A stretch of 64,000 nucleotides of DNA from Eledone cirrhosa (GCA_964016885.1 OZ024742.1:354268001-354332000); one strand, 5' to 3'; positions 42,292 to 57,168 are shown, numbered from the stretch's first letter. The notes: a model not told the origin generated them from the letters alone. Numbers and translations: made by a program.

Positions 42292-44110
42292 CATATGTAT
42301 ACAGATGCATACCTATGCTAGCAAATATATATGTTTTGTCTTAGTAACTTTGTGGTTCTATGCAGGGGGATGCAGAACAATTATATGAAAGACGTAAACA
42401 AGAAAGTTATGAAAATTGACTTACTTACTAAAATTTCACTCAAACTAATTAGTTTCTGTAAGGGGATAAATATAGTTATGTAATAACTATAGAGAAGCCT
42501 TACGTCATCGGGAGTCTATTCTCAGCTAAGCTCCCAGGCAATGCGGGGACACTGGGAATTTATATAAAAATAATTCAGTGGATGGATAAAAGCGAGCGGG
42601 GCTAGATTCCAAGATATTGAAAAATTCACTGCCTTCTTGGTCAAGTGGCAAATTCAAAAGAATCAATCACGTGACACTGAGGTTAATCAGCTATGAGTTG
42701 GGGTGCTATTAAGACAGAGCCTAGCCACTACTATCAGTCACAGTAGTAATTTCGGCAAATTTTGCTGAACAAATACTTTGGAGATAATTATAAAGAATTA
42801 ATATATCTACCGACATATGTATACAGATGCATACCTATGCTAGCAACTATATATGTTTCGTCTTAGTAACTTTGTGGTTCTATGCAGGGAGATGCAGAAC
42901 AATTATATGAAAGACGTAAATAAGAAAGTTATGAAAGTTTACTTACTAAAAGTTCGCTCCAACTAATTAGTTTCTGTAAGGGAATAAATATAGTTACGTA
43001 AAAACTATATAGAAGCCTTACGTCATCAGGTATGCATCTGTATACATATGTCGGTAGATATATTAATTCTTTATAATTATCTCCAAAGTATTTGTTGAGC
43101 ACAATCTGCCGAAATTACTACTGTGACTGATAGTAGTGGCTAGGCTCTGTCTTAATAGCACCCCCACTCCTAGCTGATTAACCTCAGTGTCACGTGATTG
43201 ATTTTTTTGTATTTGCCACTTGACCAAGTAGGCAGTGAATTGTTCAATGTCTTGGAATTTAGCCCCGCTCGCTTTTATCCATCCACTGAATTATATTTAT
43301 ATAAGTTCCCAGTGTCCGCGCATTGCCTGGGAGCTTAGCTGAGAATAGACTCCCGATGACGTAAGGCTTCTCTATACTTATTACGTAACTATATTTATCC
43401 CCTAACAGAAACTAATTAGTTGCAGTGAAATTTTAGCAAGTAAGTAAATTTTCATAACTTTCTTATTTACGTATTTCATATGATTGTTCTGCATCCCCCT
43501 GCATAGAACCACAAAGTTACTAAGACAAAACATATATATTTGCTAGCATAGGTATGCATCTGTATACATATGTCGCTAGATATATTAATTCTTTATAATT
43601 ATCTCCAAATTATTTGTTGAGCAAAATTTGCCGAAATTACTACTGTGACTGATAGTAGTGGCTAGACTCTGTCTTAATAGCACCCCCCCACTCCTAGCTG
43701 ATTAACCTCAGTGTCACGTGATTGTTTCTTTTGAATTTGCCACTTGACCAAGTAGGCAGTGAATTTTTCAATATCTTGGAATCTAGCCCCGCTCGCTTTT
43801 ATCCATCCACTGAATTATTTTTATATAAGTTCCCAGTGTCCGCGCATTGCCTGGGAGCTTAGCTGAGAATAGACTCCCGATGACGTAAGGCTTCTCTATA
43901 GTTATTACGTAACTATATTTATCCCCTTACAGAAACTAATTAGTTGGAGTGAAATTTTAGTAAGTCAATTTTCATAACTTTCTTATTTACGTATTTCATA
44001 TAATTCTTCTGCATCCCCCTGCATAGAACCACAAAGTTACTAAGACAAAATATATATATTTGCTAGCATAGGTATGCATCTGTATACATATGTCGGTAGA
44101 TATATTAATT

Positions 44111-44116
<6 letters not shown>
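42292..44116. mobile_element. Inverted (42292-43030) plus direct (43029-44116) array of ~520-bp units; sister family of the 559-bp array, hammerheads mostly with a core deletion
   Basis: Shares ccagtgtccgcgcattgcctgg..cttagctgagaatagactcc and gaaactaattagttggagt with 6680-8060. ggtatgcatctgtatacata at 43029, 43551 and 44071. Confidence 0.85.
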
Positions 44117-44163
<47 letters not shown>

Positions 44164-44263
44164 AATATATATATAAATATATAAATATATATATATTTAT
44201 ATATATAAATATATGAGAGTATTGAAGTTTGCTTGAAGCATTGTGGAATAATAAATACAAATC

Positions 44264-44747
44264 TTTAAGTCGTTTGGAACCCTCGACAATGCAAATGGGT
44301 AAATCTTCGGGTAACAAGATCCGGTGGTGGAGAGAGAGATGTGAGTGGGTGTACGTTGAGATGCGTGGTGTGTAAAGATGTGTAAATGTGTAGAAGAAGG
44401 AGGGGAAGAGTATAAAGGATAAAATAAAAATAACAACACAAGAGAGAGTTACCTTAGGAGAGATTTAATAGTCCCTATATATTTCGGATTCACATCCATC
44501 AACTGGGGGTTTTTTCCGGGGTAAAGGTTGTCTGTCGGACAGGTGCGAAACGCGTCCTCCGCTGTTTGTTGTTTTGAATATTTTTATGTTATCCTTTATA
44601 CACTTCCCCTCTTTCTTCTACACATTTACACATCTTTACACACCACGCATCTCAACGGACACCCACTCACTTCTCTCTCTCCACCACCGGATCTTGTTAC
44701 CCGGAGACTTACCCATTTGGATTGTCGAGGCTTCCAAACGACTTAAA
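44264..44747. repeat. Fold-back insertion with ~170-bp inverted arms in (TA)n
   Basis: 44264-44432 is approximately the reverse complement of 44580-44747; the spacer holds hammerhead-like halves (gaaacgcgtc). Confidence 0.8.
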
Positions 44748-44762
44748 TATATTTATATATAA

Positions 44763-44793
<31 letters not shown>

Positions 44794-44813
44794 AATATAT
44801 ATATATATATATG

Positions 44814-44865
<52 letters not shown>

Positions 44866-44889
44866 TACATATATATATACATGTATATG

Positions 44890-44983
<94 letters not shown>

Positions 44984-44991
44984 TATGTATG

Positions 44992-45037
<46 letters not shown>

Positions 45038-45153
45038 AATATATATATATATGTATATATATAAATATATATATATATATACATAAATATATATATATAT
45101 ACATATATATTTATATATATAAACATATATATATAAATATATATATATATATT

Positions 45154-45207
<54 letters not shown>

Positions 45208-45266
45208 AATATATATATTTATATATAAATATATATATTTATATATAAATATATATATAAATATAA

Positions 45267-46925
45267 ATTCGTCTCGGTGGTAGTTCCCCCATCGCCCGCC
45301 ACTTTGGTGGCCCTAGACATTCCGCACGCCATCTCACAGTCTGTGGCCTACTCCAATGCCACGGAACACCCGCCAATCGCCTTAGAGTCGAACAAAGAAC
45401 TATCTTCATCTTACAGACCCACACTCCCCTGGCCTGAACTCCCCACCCTTATTCCTTTAGCCTTCGGCCGCCCCCTCCCCCCACACTTATCCCCCACTAA
45501 CACCACTAACACACCCCTCCTTTTCACCACCCACCCCACAACTAACAATACTAACACCTCCACTCCACCCCTCATCCGACCACCCTTCCCCAACGAACAT
45601 AATAACATCCCTCCCTTCTTCTCCTCCTCCCCACTCCTTATCCCACGCACACACCCACCGGCACACATATATACACGCGCTCACACTAAACACACACCCT
45701 ACTACCACTACTAACCCTCACCCCCACACCTCCATCCCACCACCCCGCAACTAACCTCACTCACACCCCCTGACCACAAGCACTAGAAAACACGCACCCA
45801 CTTACACCACCCACCCAACATCATTAACAACCCCCCAACCCCACGCACACGTACCCACACACCCTCGTACACCACCAATTCTACACACCCTACCACCACT
45901 AACCCCCACTCACACCTGCATTCAACCCTTCCCCACCTACCGTATACTAACACCCACTAACACCCCCTTCATCAAACTACCCACACACCAGTACACCACA
46001 CTCCCTCCATAGAATTACACACACCCTTCTCTACCCGCTCCACCCACACCCTCGCTCCACACTCACTCATCCCACTAACACCTCTACTAATACACACAAA
46101 CACCCTCCTCACTCCAACTTTCACACATACCCATCCTCGCCCCTTTACCATTCCACCGACTGCTGCTAAGCCCACTGACTACCTCCCAGCACAAACAGAC
46201 ACACAGCACTCCCACCGCTTGACCACTTCCTGTTGCGCGCGCTCCCCACATCTCTCCTCTTCCGACCATCTCTTCATGGAATACTCGTATGTGGAACTTG
46301 ACCACCACAGACTCCACTAAACATCATAGGATTTTACCAACATTTCAACCATCCGCTTACGTAATCACCTATATAACTCACCCACACACACACCCAAAAC
46401 ATTGTTTTTCTCCCACACGCCACCCACACCCACAACACGCTTAAACCCCCCACACGCACGTGCTTTCCACCACATATTTACACCCTCAGCCTCCTGATTC
46501 CTCTATCCACACACGCACATACACTCTGACCTACACCCCCCCACACACACACCTCTTCCTGAACAGGCAACTCCGTTCTTCCTCCAACCCTTACTTTCAC
46601 ATACACACACACACACACACACATACACCTACACACACACACCACCTTCAGCCCTCCCCGCTCGGACACCCCGTCTCCCTCTCCCCACTCAACCCGCCAC
46701 CACCCCTACACACCCCACACTCTTCCACCACCTGTTTTACCCCTTTTTAATTTCAGTTTATTTTGATCATGCTTTTATATTCAATTTTATTTCATTCCTT
46801 GTATTTTGATCATGCTTTATTTTTACTTTTATTTTTAATTCCCTTCGCACCGTTTCCTTTCGCTATATGTCTCTCCACCACCCCCCAACACACCCTTTGA
46901 ACTCTGTTGCCACACACTTCTCACC
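45267..46925 (+). mobile_element. 5'-truncated Neptune-type PLE copy (end of GIY-YIG plus long C/A-rich 3' region)
   Basis: 45267-45600 matches 53524-53870; 46330-46920 matches 50080-50625. Confidence 0.8.
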
Positions 46926-46959
46926 TGAGTCAAATGTTTAAAATGTAGCTTCGTTTATT

Positions 46960-47014
46960 ACTGTTATATATATTTCAGTGACAACCATCTTTGTCTGCGA
47001 TCTCTTCAGCCAGT
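46960..47014 (-). ncRNA. Decayed hammerhead, same family as 4472-4526
   Basis: Minus strand acugg-CUGAAGA...cacu-GAAA-UAUAUA-UA-acagu; flanks homologous to 4350-4560. Confidence 0.6.
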
Positions 47015-47186
47015 CCGAATTAGTGTGGTATAGACAAGTCATATATGTTGTTGAGGTGTATAATTTTGTCAATACTCTGATATGTCCAGTTCCTGGTTAG
47101 GTTGTTATTTCACTGAGGAACTGGAATCATTCCAGTTCCTCGTAGAGGCTTGAGCTCTGCCGTAGGGTCAGCCTTTTTCCTATGTG

Positions 47187-47262
<76 letters not shown>

Positions 47263-47300
47263 CGTAATTGTATGTGTGTGTGTGTATTTCTGTGGTTTTG

Positions 47301-47394
<94 letters not shown>

Positions 47395-47668
47395 GTGTAT
47401 GTGTGTGTGTATATGTATATATGTGTAAGGGTGTATGTATATGCATCATTGCATATAGTGATTTAATGATTAATTTTCATTGATCTTTTACTCCAGGAAC
47501 TTTTTGAGTGCTCTAAATCTGCTATTAGAATGTATACCCTTTTCTAAATATATATTTTTTTTTTATTTATTATTTGTCGTAATCTCAACATTTTATTTTC
47601 ATTTTTATTTTCATATATACAATATTTTTTTATATATTGAATATTTATTTTATAATATTTATGTTCTT

Positions 47669-47755
<87 letters not shown>

Positions 47756-48051
47756 ATCAAAGATGGTTAAAAGAGTTCCATGTATTTTATTATGCGCATA
47801 TCAAAAACAAATATCATCATGCAATAATATTTGTGTTTTCATCAGATAAAATAGGAAGACATGATATGAAGGTTAAAAAGCACTTGTGAATAGTGCAGTT
47901 TTAAATCAATATATATATATATATAGATTGAGTTATATATGTATATGTGTGTGTGTGTGTGTGTGTGTACGTATGTATACGTATGTGTATGTATATATGT
48001 GTGTGTAGATATATATGTGTATGTGAGTATATATGTATGTGTGTGTATGTG

Positions 48052-48129
<78 letters not shown>

Positions 48130-48274
48130 AATATGTTAGAGTTAAATAAGGTACATATGAATTATCTAAGAATGAGTTTTACACACACATATATATGTGT
48201 GTGTTTGTATTTGGTTGTGCGTGTTTGTAATATGTATGTATATGTATGTGTATAATTGTATGGCGATGTATGTA

Positions 48275-48339
<65 letters not shown>

Positions 48340-48340
48340 G

Positions 48341-48387
<47 letters not shown>

Positions 48388-48782
48388 GTGTGTGTATATG
48401 TGTATATGTGTGTGCGTGTGCATGTATTTGTGTATGCGTATGTATGTGTTTATGTATTTGTATATGTATATTCATGTGTGAGAGTGTGTGTATGTATTTA
48501 TGTTTACGTATGTATGTGTACTTGCATTTGTGTGTATTGCTTACCAAGTGTGTTTGTTGATTTATTTGTTGCCTGTATCGCTGTCAACTTTATAATAGTC
48601 TTTATTTTCTTTTTTATGTCTTTTATTATTATATATATGTGTGTGGTTGTATATATGTATGTGTATGTATGGATATGTTGATATTTATGTGTATGTATAT
48701 ATGTGTATATGTATGTGTATGTGTATATATATACACATATATATATGTGTGTGTGTGTGTATATGTGTGTGTGTATGTATGC

Positions 48783-48830
<48 letters not shown>

Positions 48831-48998
48831 ATAATTGTGTGTGTGTGTATGTGTGTGTGTGTGCGTGTGTGTGTGTGTGTGTGTTTGCATGTCTGTTTTT
48901 ATTTTATTTTTCCTTACCTTCTTCCTTCTCCAGCCTCACTTTCATATAGATTGCATTTTTGTTTTTAAAATCCTATGTCAATAAATACGCCAGGATTT

Positions 48999-49058
48999 TT
49001 TCATTCTGATGATTGAAAGCAACATTTTTTGCTTTTAAGAAACCACTGGTAAATGAAA
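48999..49058 (+). ncRNA. Type I hammerhead ribozyme
   Basis: UUUCAUU-CUGAUGA-UUGAAAGCAA..UUGCUUUUAA-GAAA-CCACUGG-UA-AAUGAAA. Confidence 0.82.
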
Positions 49059-49159
49059 TAATTGCCTTATGTTGTTTATTACATAACTATTAAGCTCTGT
49101 TACCTACATAGAGCACTCTTTTTCCCTGGACTTTTCCGACGGAATTACTTCATTCATAC

Positions 49160-49226
<67 letters not shown>

Positions 49227-49817
49227 TAAGTAGAAGGGATATTTAATTCGTTGTAAATAAAACAAATAAATATAAATGTTTATAACTGATTCAGTGCACT
49301 CGACAGTTTTCTGGAGTAAATATTCAATGACATTAATTAAATGGAAACTATATTTATAAAACCATATTTATACAATTAATATGGTTTTATAAATATAGTT
49401 TCCATTTATTTAATATCAATATGTTTTGCAAGGTTTTTTATATGAATTCGTGTGTCGAAACAGATATTGTTACACTTGGGGAGGGTCATATTGTTGTAAT
49501 AACATTGCCAGAAATAATAACAAAACACATTCACTGATTAGTTGGTTTTCGCTTCTGCATCTATTGCCAAATACATTAACTATGGAGATATAAAAGATAC
49601 AGAGGCGAAAACTAACCGAACAGTGAGTGTGTCCTGTTGTTATTTCTGGCAATATTATAGTAATATGAACCTCCCAAGTATAACAATATATATATATATA
49701 TACGTTATTCCGGGTTGAATCGGAGGTAACCACAGTAAGAAAGGTACTCAATACATAGCAGAGTATAAAAGTTTTAATATAGATGAGATTCTAGGACTAC
49801 TCCTGTAGAATCTCATC

Positions 49818-49848
<31 letters not shown>

Positions 49849-49999
49849 TTGGAATAAAGATACTAAGAATCAGTGTTGCATCATATGTTTCACTGGTGAT
49901 CATCTCGACGACAGTGAAACATGTAATATGATATGATGTAACACTGATTCTTTGTTCTTTTATTCTAATACTACTGATACTCTGCTCTGCAAGAACATC

Positions 50000-52900
50000 G
50001 ATGCTCACCCGGCATACATCCTAGGGACGCAATTACCATAGAACTCTGCGCACGCGTGAATTATCCGGATTCCCACCACATCCTCTACGGAACTACCTTA
50101 GAAACTTACCCACGGACATACACTCACAACATCTTTTTTCCCGCACGCCACCTACATCCACAATACGTACAAACACCCCACACACGTGCGTACCACCACG
50201 TATTTAGACACTCAGCCTCCGGAATCCTCTCCCACCCTCACCTACCCCTCTGACCCCTCCCCATCCACACACGCAAACTCACACCGACCTACATCCCACC
50301 CCACACACACCTTTTCCTGAACATGCAACCCCGTTCTTCCCCCAACTCTCACATTCACATACACACACACACACGCGTACACCTACACACACCACCTTCA
50401 GCCCTCCCCGCTTGGACACCCTACCTCCCTCTCCCCACTCCACCCGCCATCACCCCTACACGCCCCACACCCTTCCACCACTCGTTTAACTTCATGATTA
50501 TTTTTATTTTTATTATGCTTTTATATTTATTTTCATTTGTACCGTTTGCTCTCACCCCCTTTTTTCTAAATGTCTCTCCCCCACTCCTCTACACACCCCT
50601 GGAACTCTCTTCCCACACACTCTTCGCCTGAAGAAGGGCTTATGCCTGAAACGACGTTCCGCACCACCACCCCACTCTCAAGAACATGAAACTAATAAAC
50701 CTTAGTTCGTACTGCCTCTCTGTGAACTCTGTGACCACTCTCTCAACTTTCCCCACACCTTCCCACAACTTCTTTTTTCCTTTCTTTGCATTACTTTTGA
50801 TTGATTTATTTACTGTACTTGTTTATGTCTGTCTATGATTTTTCTGTGTATACTCTCCTCTCCTTACGTTATTTCTGTTCGATTTTCCCTTCCCTGTCTC
50901 TGCCTATCTTTCGCCCTCACCCGTCGCCCCCCCTCCTCATAAAAAACAACAACACCACCCCGCTTCACACACCTTCCTTCTCATCCCTCCCCCTGCTTCA
51001 CTCCAGGCCCACCATGCCCAGCCTGAGATCCTTTCTCCACCAACTCCATACCAGCATCAAACTTTTCCTCACTCCTCTCCTCCCACCCTGCTATATCCCC
51101 TTGGCCCTTCAACTCTCCTACCTTCTCTTCGCCAAACCCCAGCACTCCAGCCACATCCATTTCCTCAGCCGCTGCCTCCACCTCCAGCTTATCCCCCTCG
51201 GCTTCGTCTACAGTTCCACACCTCCTCCCGCTTCCCCCTCCACCCAACATATCCTCACACGATCCTCGGGCCTCCTAATACGCAACTCCCTCTGCGCCAC
51301 CCTCTCTACCATCCGCAAACTTGACTACCAACTGACCCCCACCCTCCTCCGCCTTAAATCCACCTGTTACTCCCTCCTCGCCAACGCCATCCTCCTCTTC
51401 ATCTAAAACCTCAACAACGACCTCTTCTCCTTCGTCACCTCCACTAAAGCCCTTAAGCTAATTATCACTATGAACCCCACACACACACACCACTCTCCAC
51501 CCGTCCCCAACCCCACATCCCTACCCAATCTCCACCATCCACCTCACCTCTCACCACACCCTCCCCTCCTCCCCTACACACCCAAACCCCACCACTTGTC
51601 ACCATACCACCTGACCTCCCCCTCTCCGCATCTGAGCGCTCACTCCTCAGTAGAGGCCTTCGCTTCAAACCCCACACTCCGCACAGCGACGAGTTCCGCA
51701 CCGGAACGGAAGTCGAGCGATTCGTGCGACGCACAAAGCTACAGGCACATTTCGGTCAAACGTCACCGGCTCCGAACGCCCCTGACCCGTTTCTCGCCCT
51801 GGGCCGACGACCATCGTCTTGGACGCCGGCCCCAGGGAAATTTAGCACCCTGGACACGTTCGTCGACTCCAGCCGTAGCGCAGTAAATCGCTTCGACTTC
51901 CGCCACCGCTCCCAACGGAATAACATCTCACGGGGCGAGCTGCTCGCTCACCGTACCCTCCATAGCCGAGATGACATCATCATCAAACCAGCGGAAAAAG
52001 GGAGGCGCCGTGGTGGTGTGGCGCGCTGACTTCTACACGGCTGAAGCCCTCAGGCAGCTCCGTAACCCCTCTTCTACCGCCCTGTATCATCCGATCCCAC
52101 ACGCCTCTAACAACAACAAGTTTCCTCCACCACCAACACCTTGTCTCCTCCTCCCTCCTCCCCCGACCCCCACTATCTACTTCCTCCGAAAACTTCACAA
52201 ACCCGACAACCCCGGCCGCCCTATCATCTCCGCCTGCAACTGCCCCACCGAACTCATCTCCGCTCTTTCTTGACTCCATCCTCCCCCCCCCCTTGTCACC
52301 ACCCTCCCCTCCCACATATACGAGACCAACCACGCCCTTCATCTATTCGACTCCTTCACCTTCCCACCCGGCCCACAGCCCTTGCACTTCACCCTAGATA
52401 TCAAGTCGCTCTATACAGTCGTCCCCACCGTCGACGGCGTACGTGCCTTCAAGCACTATCTCGACCTTCACCCATTCCCCATCCCCTCCACCCCACCCTC
52501 CTTCGCCTCTTCGAGCTGGTCCTCACCCTCAAATGTTTCTCCTTCTCGGGTGAGTTTTAACAACAGATCACGGGCGTAGACATGGGCACAACATGGGCAC
52601 AAATGATGCCAACCTTTTAGTTGGACATGTTGAGGCCTACATCTTTGCCCAGTGTACTGGCGCAACGCCAGAACTGTACGGTCGTTACATTGACGACTGT
52701 ATCGGAGCCACGACCCTTACCCGAGAACAGCTCGACTCCTTTCTCTCCTTCTTCTGCTCCTTCCACCTCTATCTCCACCACCCACGTCCACTTCTTAGAC
52801 ATCTCTGTCGCCTTCGACCCCACCCACCACTCCCTCGTCAACTCCCCCTTCTACAAACCCACCGATTCCGACTCCTACCTGGACTTCACCTCTTCCCACC

Positions 52901-54360
52901 CCTGCACACACTAAACACTCTATTCCCTACTCCCAACTCCTCAGGATCCGCCGCCTTTGTAGCCGAGATGGTGATTTTGAGTCCCAGGCCCTTTCCCTAG
53001 TCAGCCATTTCATCCGCAGAAGTTACCCCCCCCCCCCCTCTATTCCACACCGCTCTCACCCGCGCCCGTGTTGTCAACCGCTCAACCACCTTCAACCCAC
53101 ACCACCGCACACCCACCCCCGTCTCCCCTTCCCCATCACCTACCACCCCTCCACCCTACACCTCCACCGCACCATCCTTCGCCTCTTCCGACGCCTCCAG
53201 TCCGACCCCTCCACCTCCCACATCTTCCCAGCCCAAACCACTCCCCTCCTTCAAACACGGAAGCAATCTCGGCACCCTCCTCGTCCGTAGCCCCCCCGCC
53301 CGGTTCCCTTCTCTGTTCCAGGCCTCGTTGCAACACATTTCCCCACATCACCAACGCCACCACCTTCCAGAGTCTTAACAGCCACTCTCTCTCTGTCCGA
53401 CATGCCTTCCGCTGCACCTCCTCCAACCTAGTCTACGGACTTCGCTACACGGAGTGCAGCGCCACCTACGACGGACAGACTCGACGTCGCCTGGCGGACC
53501 GCTTTACCGAATACCTCCGGGATATTCGTCTCGGCGGTAGTTCCTCCATCGCCCGCTACATTGGTGCCCCTGGACATTCCGCGCTCCACCTCACAGTCTG
53601 TGGCCTACTCCAATGCCACGGAAGAACCGCCACCCTCCTCAGGGTCGAACAACGCACCATCTTCACCCTACATACCCAGACACCCCCCGGCCTGAACTCC
53701 CCACCCCTATTCCTTTAGCCTTCGACCGCCTTGTGCCCCCCACACACACACATATCCCCCAATAATACCACTAACACACTCCTCCTTTTCAACGCCCGCC
53801 CCACAACTAACAATACCAACACACCCACCCCACACCCGACCACCCTTCCCCAACTAACAATACTAACATCATTTCTCTGACCACCTCTCCGCACACACAT
53901 ACACACAACCCTCCTCCTGCCTTGTCCCTCTAACCACTTTCTGTTGCGCGCGCACCCCCCATCTCCCCTTTTCCGACCAACCCAACCACGGATTACACAC
54001 ATTGTACATCGCTCCCACGAATCAACTCCATCACAAGGACATTATCCGGCAGCCCACCACATCCTCTACGGAACTACCTTAGGTACTTACTCACGGACAT
54101 ACACACACACAAATGTTTTTCCCACACGCCACCTACATCCACAATACGTATAAACACCACACACACGTGCGTACCACCACATAGTTACACACTCAGCCTC
54201 CGGAATCCTCTCCCCCACACCTCTGACCCCTCCCCATCCATACACGCGCACTCACCGACCTACACCACACCCCACACACACCTTTTCATGAACATGCGAC
54301 CCCGTTCTTCCCACAACTCTCATATTCACATACACACACACGTATACCTACATACACACA
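50000..54360 (+). mobile_element. Decayed Penelope-like element, probably Neptune-type, with direct terminal repeats
   Basis: 50060-50390 is repeated at 54041-54360; decayed hammerhead ctgaagaagggcttatgcctgaaac at ~50628-50652; RT and GIY-YIG motifs inside. Confidence 0.85.
51014..53718 (+). pseudogene. PLE RT + GIY-YIG polyprotein with many frameshifts
   Basis: IIIKPA(E)KGGAVVVW, KLHKPDNPGRPIISAC, TLDIKSLYT, MGT..ANL, RYIDD, FLDI, YKPTD..YL...SSHP, CSRPRCNT linker, NLVY.L.....ATY.GQT.R.L..RF.E. Confidence 0.87.
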
Positions 54361-56237
54361 CACATATATATATATATGTGTATATGGGGGTGGGTTGTGT
54401 GTTCTTATAATTATTTGGGTTACTTTTTAAATATCACCAACGTAAAAGTTGGCTTGTGGTTTGCAGCTTTCTCTCAGAGAACTCTGCTAACTGAAGTTCT
54501 GCTCTAACCGCCACTGAACTATTTTAAAAGTGTTGCTTTTCCTTCGTCATACAACGATATATATTCTATCATGGCATTATATCAAAGAGAAAACTATTTC
54601 AATTTCTGAGAGAACATATTGTAGCGTCGGTTTTGTATTATAAATAAATTAAATTATCTTCTGTTAATCCACACACGTTTTCTAAATTTAAATCCTATAC
54701 AAGTGACATCAATCTCCTAAATTATTATTTAAAACTCTAAGCTACAATATACTTTTCTATCTGAAACTAATTATTTTTAATTAGTCGTGTGTCATCTTTG
54801 TTTTGCATATATTCTGTTATATGTTGTGTAATGATTCCACATATTTCACGGCTCACCTTCATCAAAATATTCTATGTATTGTTATATTGGGGAGGGACAT
54901 GTTCTATTATTGCCAAAATATAATAAAACATACTCACTGTTTGGATTGGTTTTTCCTCATCAGTATATTTTTATTAATGAATTAGCTGGCAATCAATGTT
55001 TACCAATATAATGTATATCAAAGTTCTTTCGTCAAACAATTTTGTGGCAGTTCAATTATTATCGATGCGTTTCCTTCCTTAGTGTTTCGATATGTAATTG
55101 TTAACTTAAAACAGTTTCTATTATTATGGGGTTTCCGCCATCATTCAAAAATCTAATGTCATGCCATTTATTTAGCAAACTATGTATATCATTAATTTGC
55201 CTTAGAGAGCTTATTGCTCTACCATTTCAGATGTTTGTATAATTTTTCCTGTATCTACTCTAGTTTACAGATCTTGAAAATCGTTACAACTTGGGTGGCA
55301 AAACTACATCAAAAGAAATAGCTTTTGCCGTCATATTTCTTTCATGGAATTTTACAATTTATCAACTCTGCATATCGACGTGTATTATGTTGCGATCAGC
55401 TCTGGTTTCAAAACACAACTACAACAACATTTTTGTTGTTTTTAAAGGTTGCATCATTCAATATATTGGATAATTTATGACAGATATTTCCTTAGGCATT
55501 TTTATGACATTTATCCTAATATCATGTGAAACAGAATCGGAATTAATAACCATGTTCTCCTTTCACACCCATTTTCTCGCCTTCCAATTATTTTCAAATG
55601 TGATAAATACATTCAGAATTCAAATATAAGATACGAGAAAAACCTGAGATAAATAATAAATAAACAACATTAAAATGAACGTAGATATGAAAGAAATTAT
55701 CAGATTTATGAAAAGATTAAATCAGTTGCATTCATCAGTGAATAATTAGTTAGAGATATTGACAACTTCAATGGAATATATTTACAAATTAAATAACTTA
55801 AATATTAAGGAGGAAGGAAATTACTTTCCAAGGTATCAATTCATAATTAAACACTGATAGAAATAATTCCAATAAGCATTTATATTTAAATTAATAAAGT
55901 TTAATCGAGAATGCAACCAACGTATACGGGGAGCAGTTTGATGGCATATGCATAACATTCAATTAGATAATATATGATTTATGTATTTTCTCTTTTTCTA
56001 TCTCCCTCATTTTATACCTTAACTTTATATATATATATCTTTAGTTTTGTGGGTTCACCACTGGATAGAATTGGTCATTGCGTATGGTCAATCTTGGTGT
56101 ACTATTGTGGAGAGTACTCAACGTAGTGCAGTTCACCCATCTTCGTTTGTGTAGTTGGTGGTGCGAATACGGAGTTAATTATAAATAAAATAAAATGACA
56201 GGAGGCTGGACTGGTGTAAATACTTGAAAGGTTTATT

Positions 56238-56295
56238 ATACTATAATCATTTCAATGACCGGGTTCCATATGGATCCGGTGATATCATCAGGTAT
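56238..56295 (-). ncRNA. Type I hammerhead (family G) inside fold-back insertion ~56040-56430
   Basis: AUAC-CUGAUGA-uaucACCGGAUCC..GGAACCCGGUcauu-GAAA-UGAUUA-UA-GUAU; an inverted 3' half lies at 56361-56425. Confidence 0.72.
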
Positions 56296-56435
56296 TAGAA
56301 ATCAAAGGAATATGTAAAAAACCATGGGTCCGATAAAACAGAGACAGAGACAAAGAGGACGAAATGATCATAGTATGATAAATCTTTCAAGGATTTACAC
56401 CAGTCAAGCCTCCTGTAATTTTATTATATTTTATA

Positions 56436-56509
<74 letters not shown>

Positions 56510-56512
<3 letters not shown>

Positions 56513-57054
56513 CGTTTCTGAATTTGTTTAGCAAGATTCTTTATCTGAAAACGTGTGTTGAAACCGATATTGTTATACTTTGGGAGGGCCATGTTGTCAA
56601 TAAGAAAAACATGCACCATATGCTTTCACTTCATTTTATTATAATACATTTATAAATATAGGAATTTATAAATTTCCGGTTGGCTGGTTCCACAACCAGA
56701 GGATTGTTCATATATTGTCAAAGTTCTTTCATCACGCATTATGTGACCTCTTCAGTGACTGGGGTTCTTTTCTTTGTTTTTGTGTCTCTCCTTTGTGCCT
56801 CTCCTTTGTTCTGTCCTACGCCATCTTGTTAAACAAGACAGAACAAAGGAGAGGCACAAAAACAAAGAAAATAATCCCCAGTCACTGAAGAGGTCACAGA
56901 ATGTGTGACGAAATAACTTTGACAATATATAAACAATCATCTGGTTGTGGAACCAACCAACCAACCGGAAATTTATAAATTATTATAATAAATTGAAATG
57001 AAAGCAACTGGTGCGTGTGTTTCTTATTGGCAACATGACCCTCCCAAAGTATAA

Positions 57055-57057
<3 letters not shown>
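56510..57057. mobile_element. Fold-back pLTR insertion (family H) with a hammerhead on each arm (56717-56759 -, 56881-56923 +)
   Basis: GUCA-CUGAAGA-g-GUCACA..UGUGAC-GAAA-(G/U)AAC-UU-UGAC; inverted arms meet at ~56822-56835. Confidence 0.8.
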
Positions 57058-57089
<32 letters not shown>

Positions 57090-57168
57090 CATATATAATC
57101 AAGGTTTAGCAAATAGAGAAAAAGCTTTAAAAAAAATTTTAAAAAGTTCCCTTTACTTACTATATGTC

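Noticed and set aside
44472-44548. Possible hammerheads in the spacer of the fold-back
   Set aside because: Only GAAA halves are intact; the first core reads CAGUUGA or is missing, so I did not call them.
55000-55900. AT-rich stretch that might be a decayed transposase or exon
   Set aside because: No long ORF or recognisable motif on either strand.
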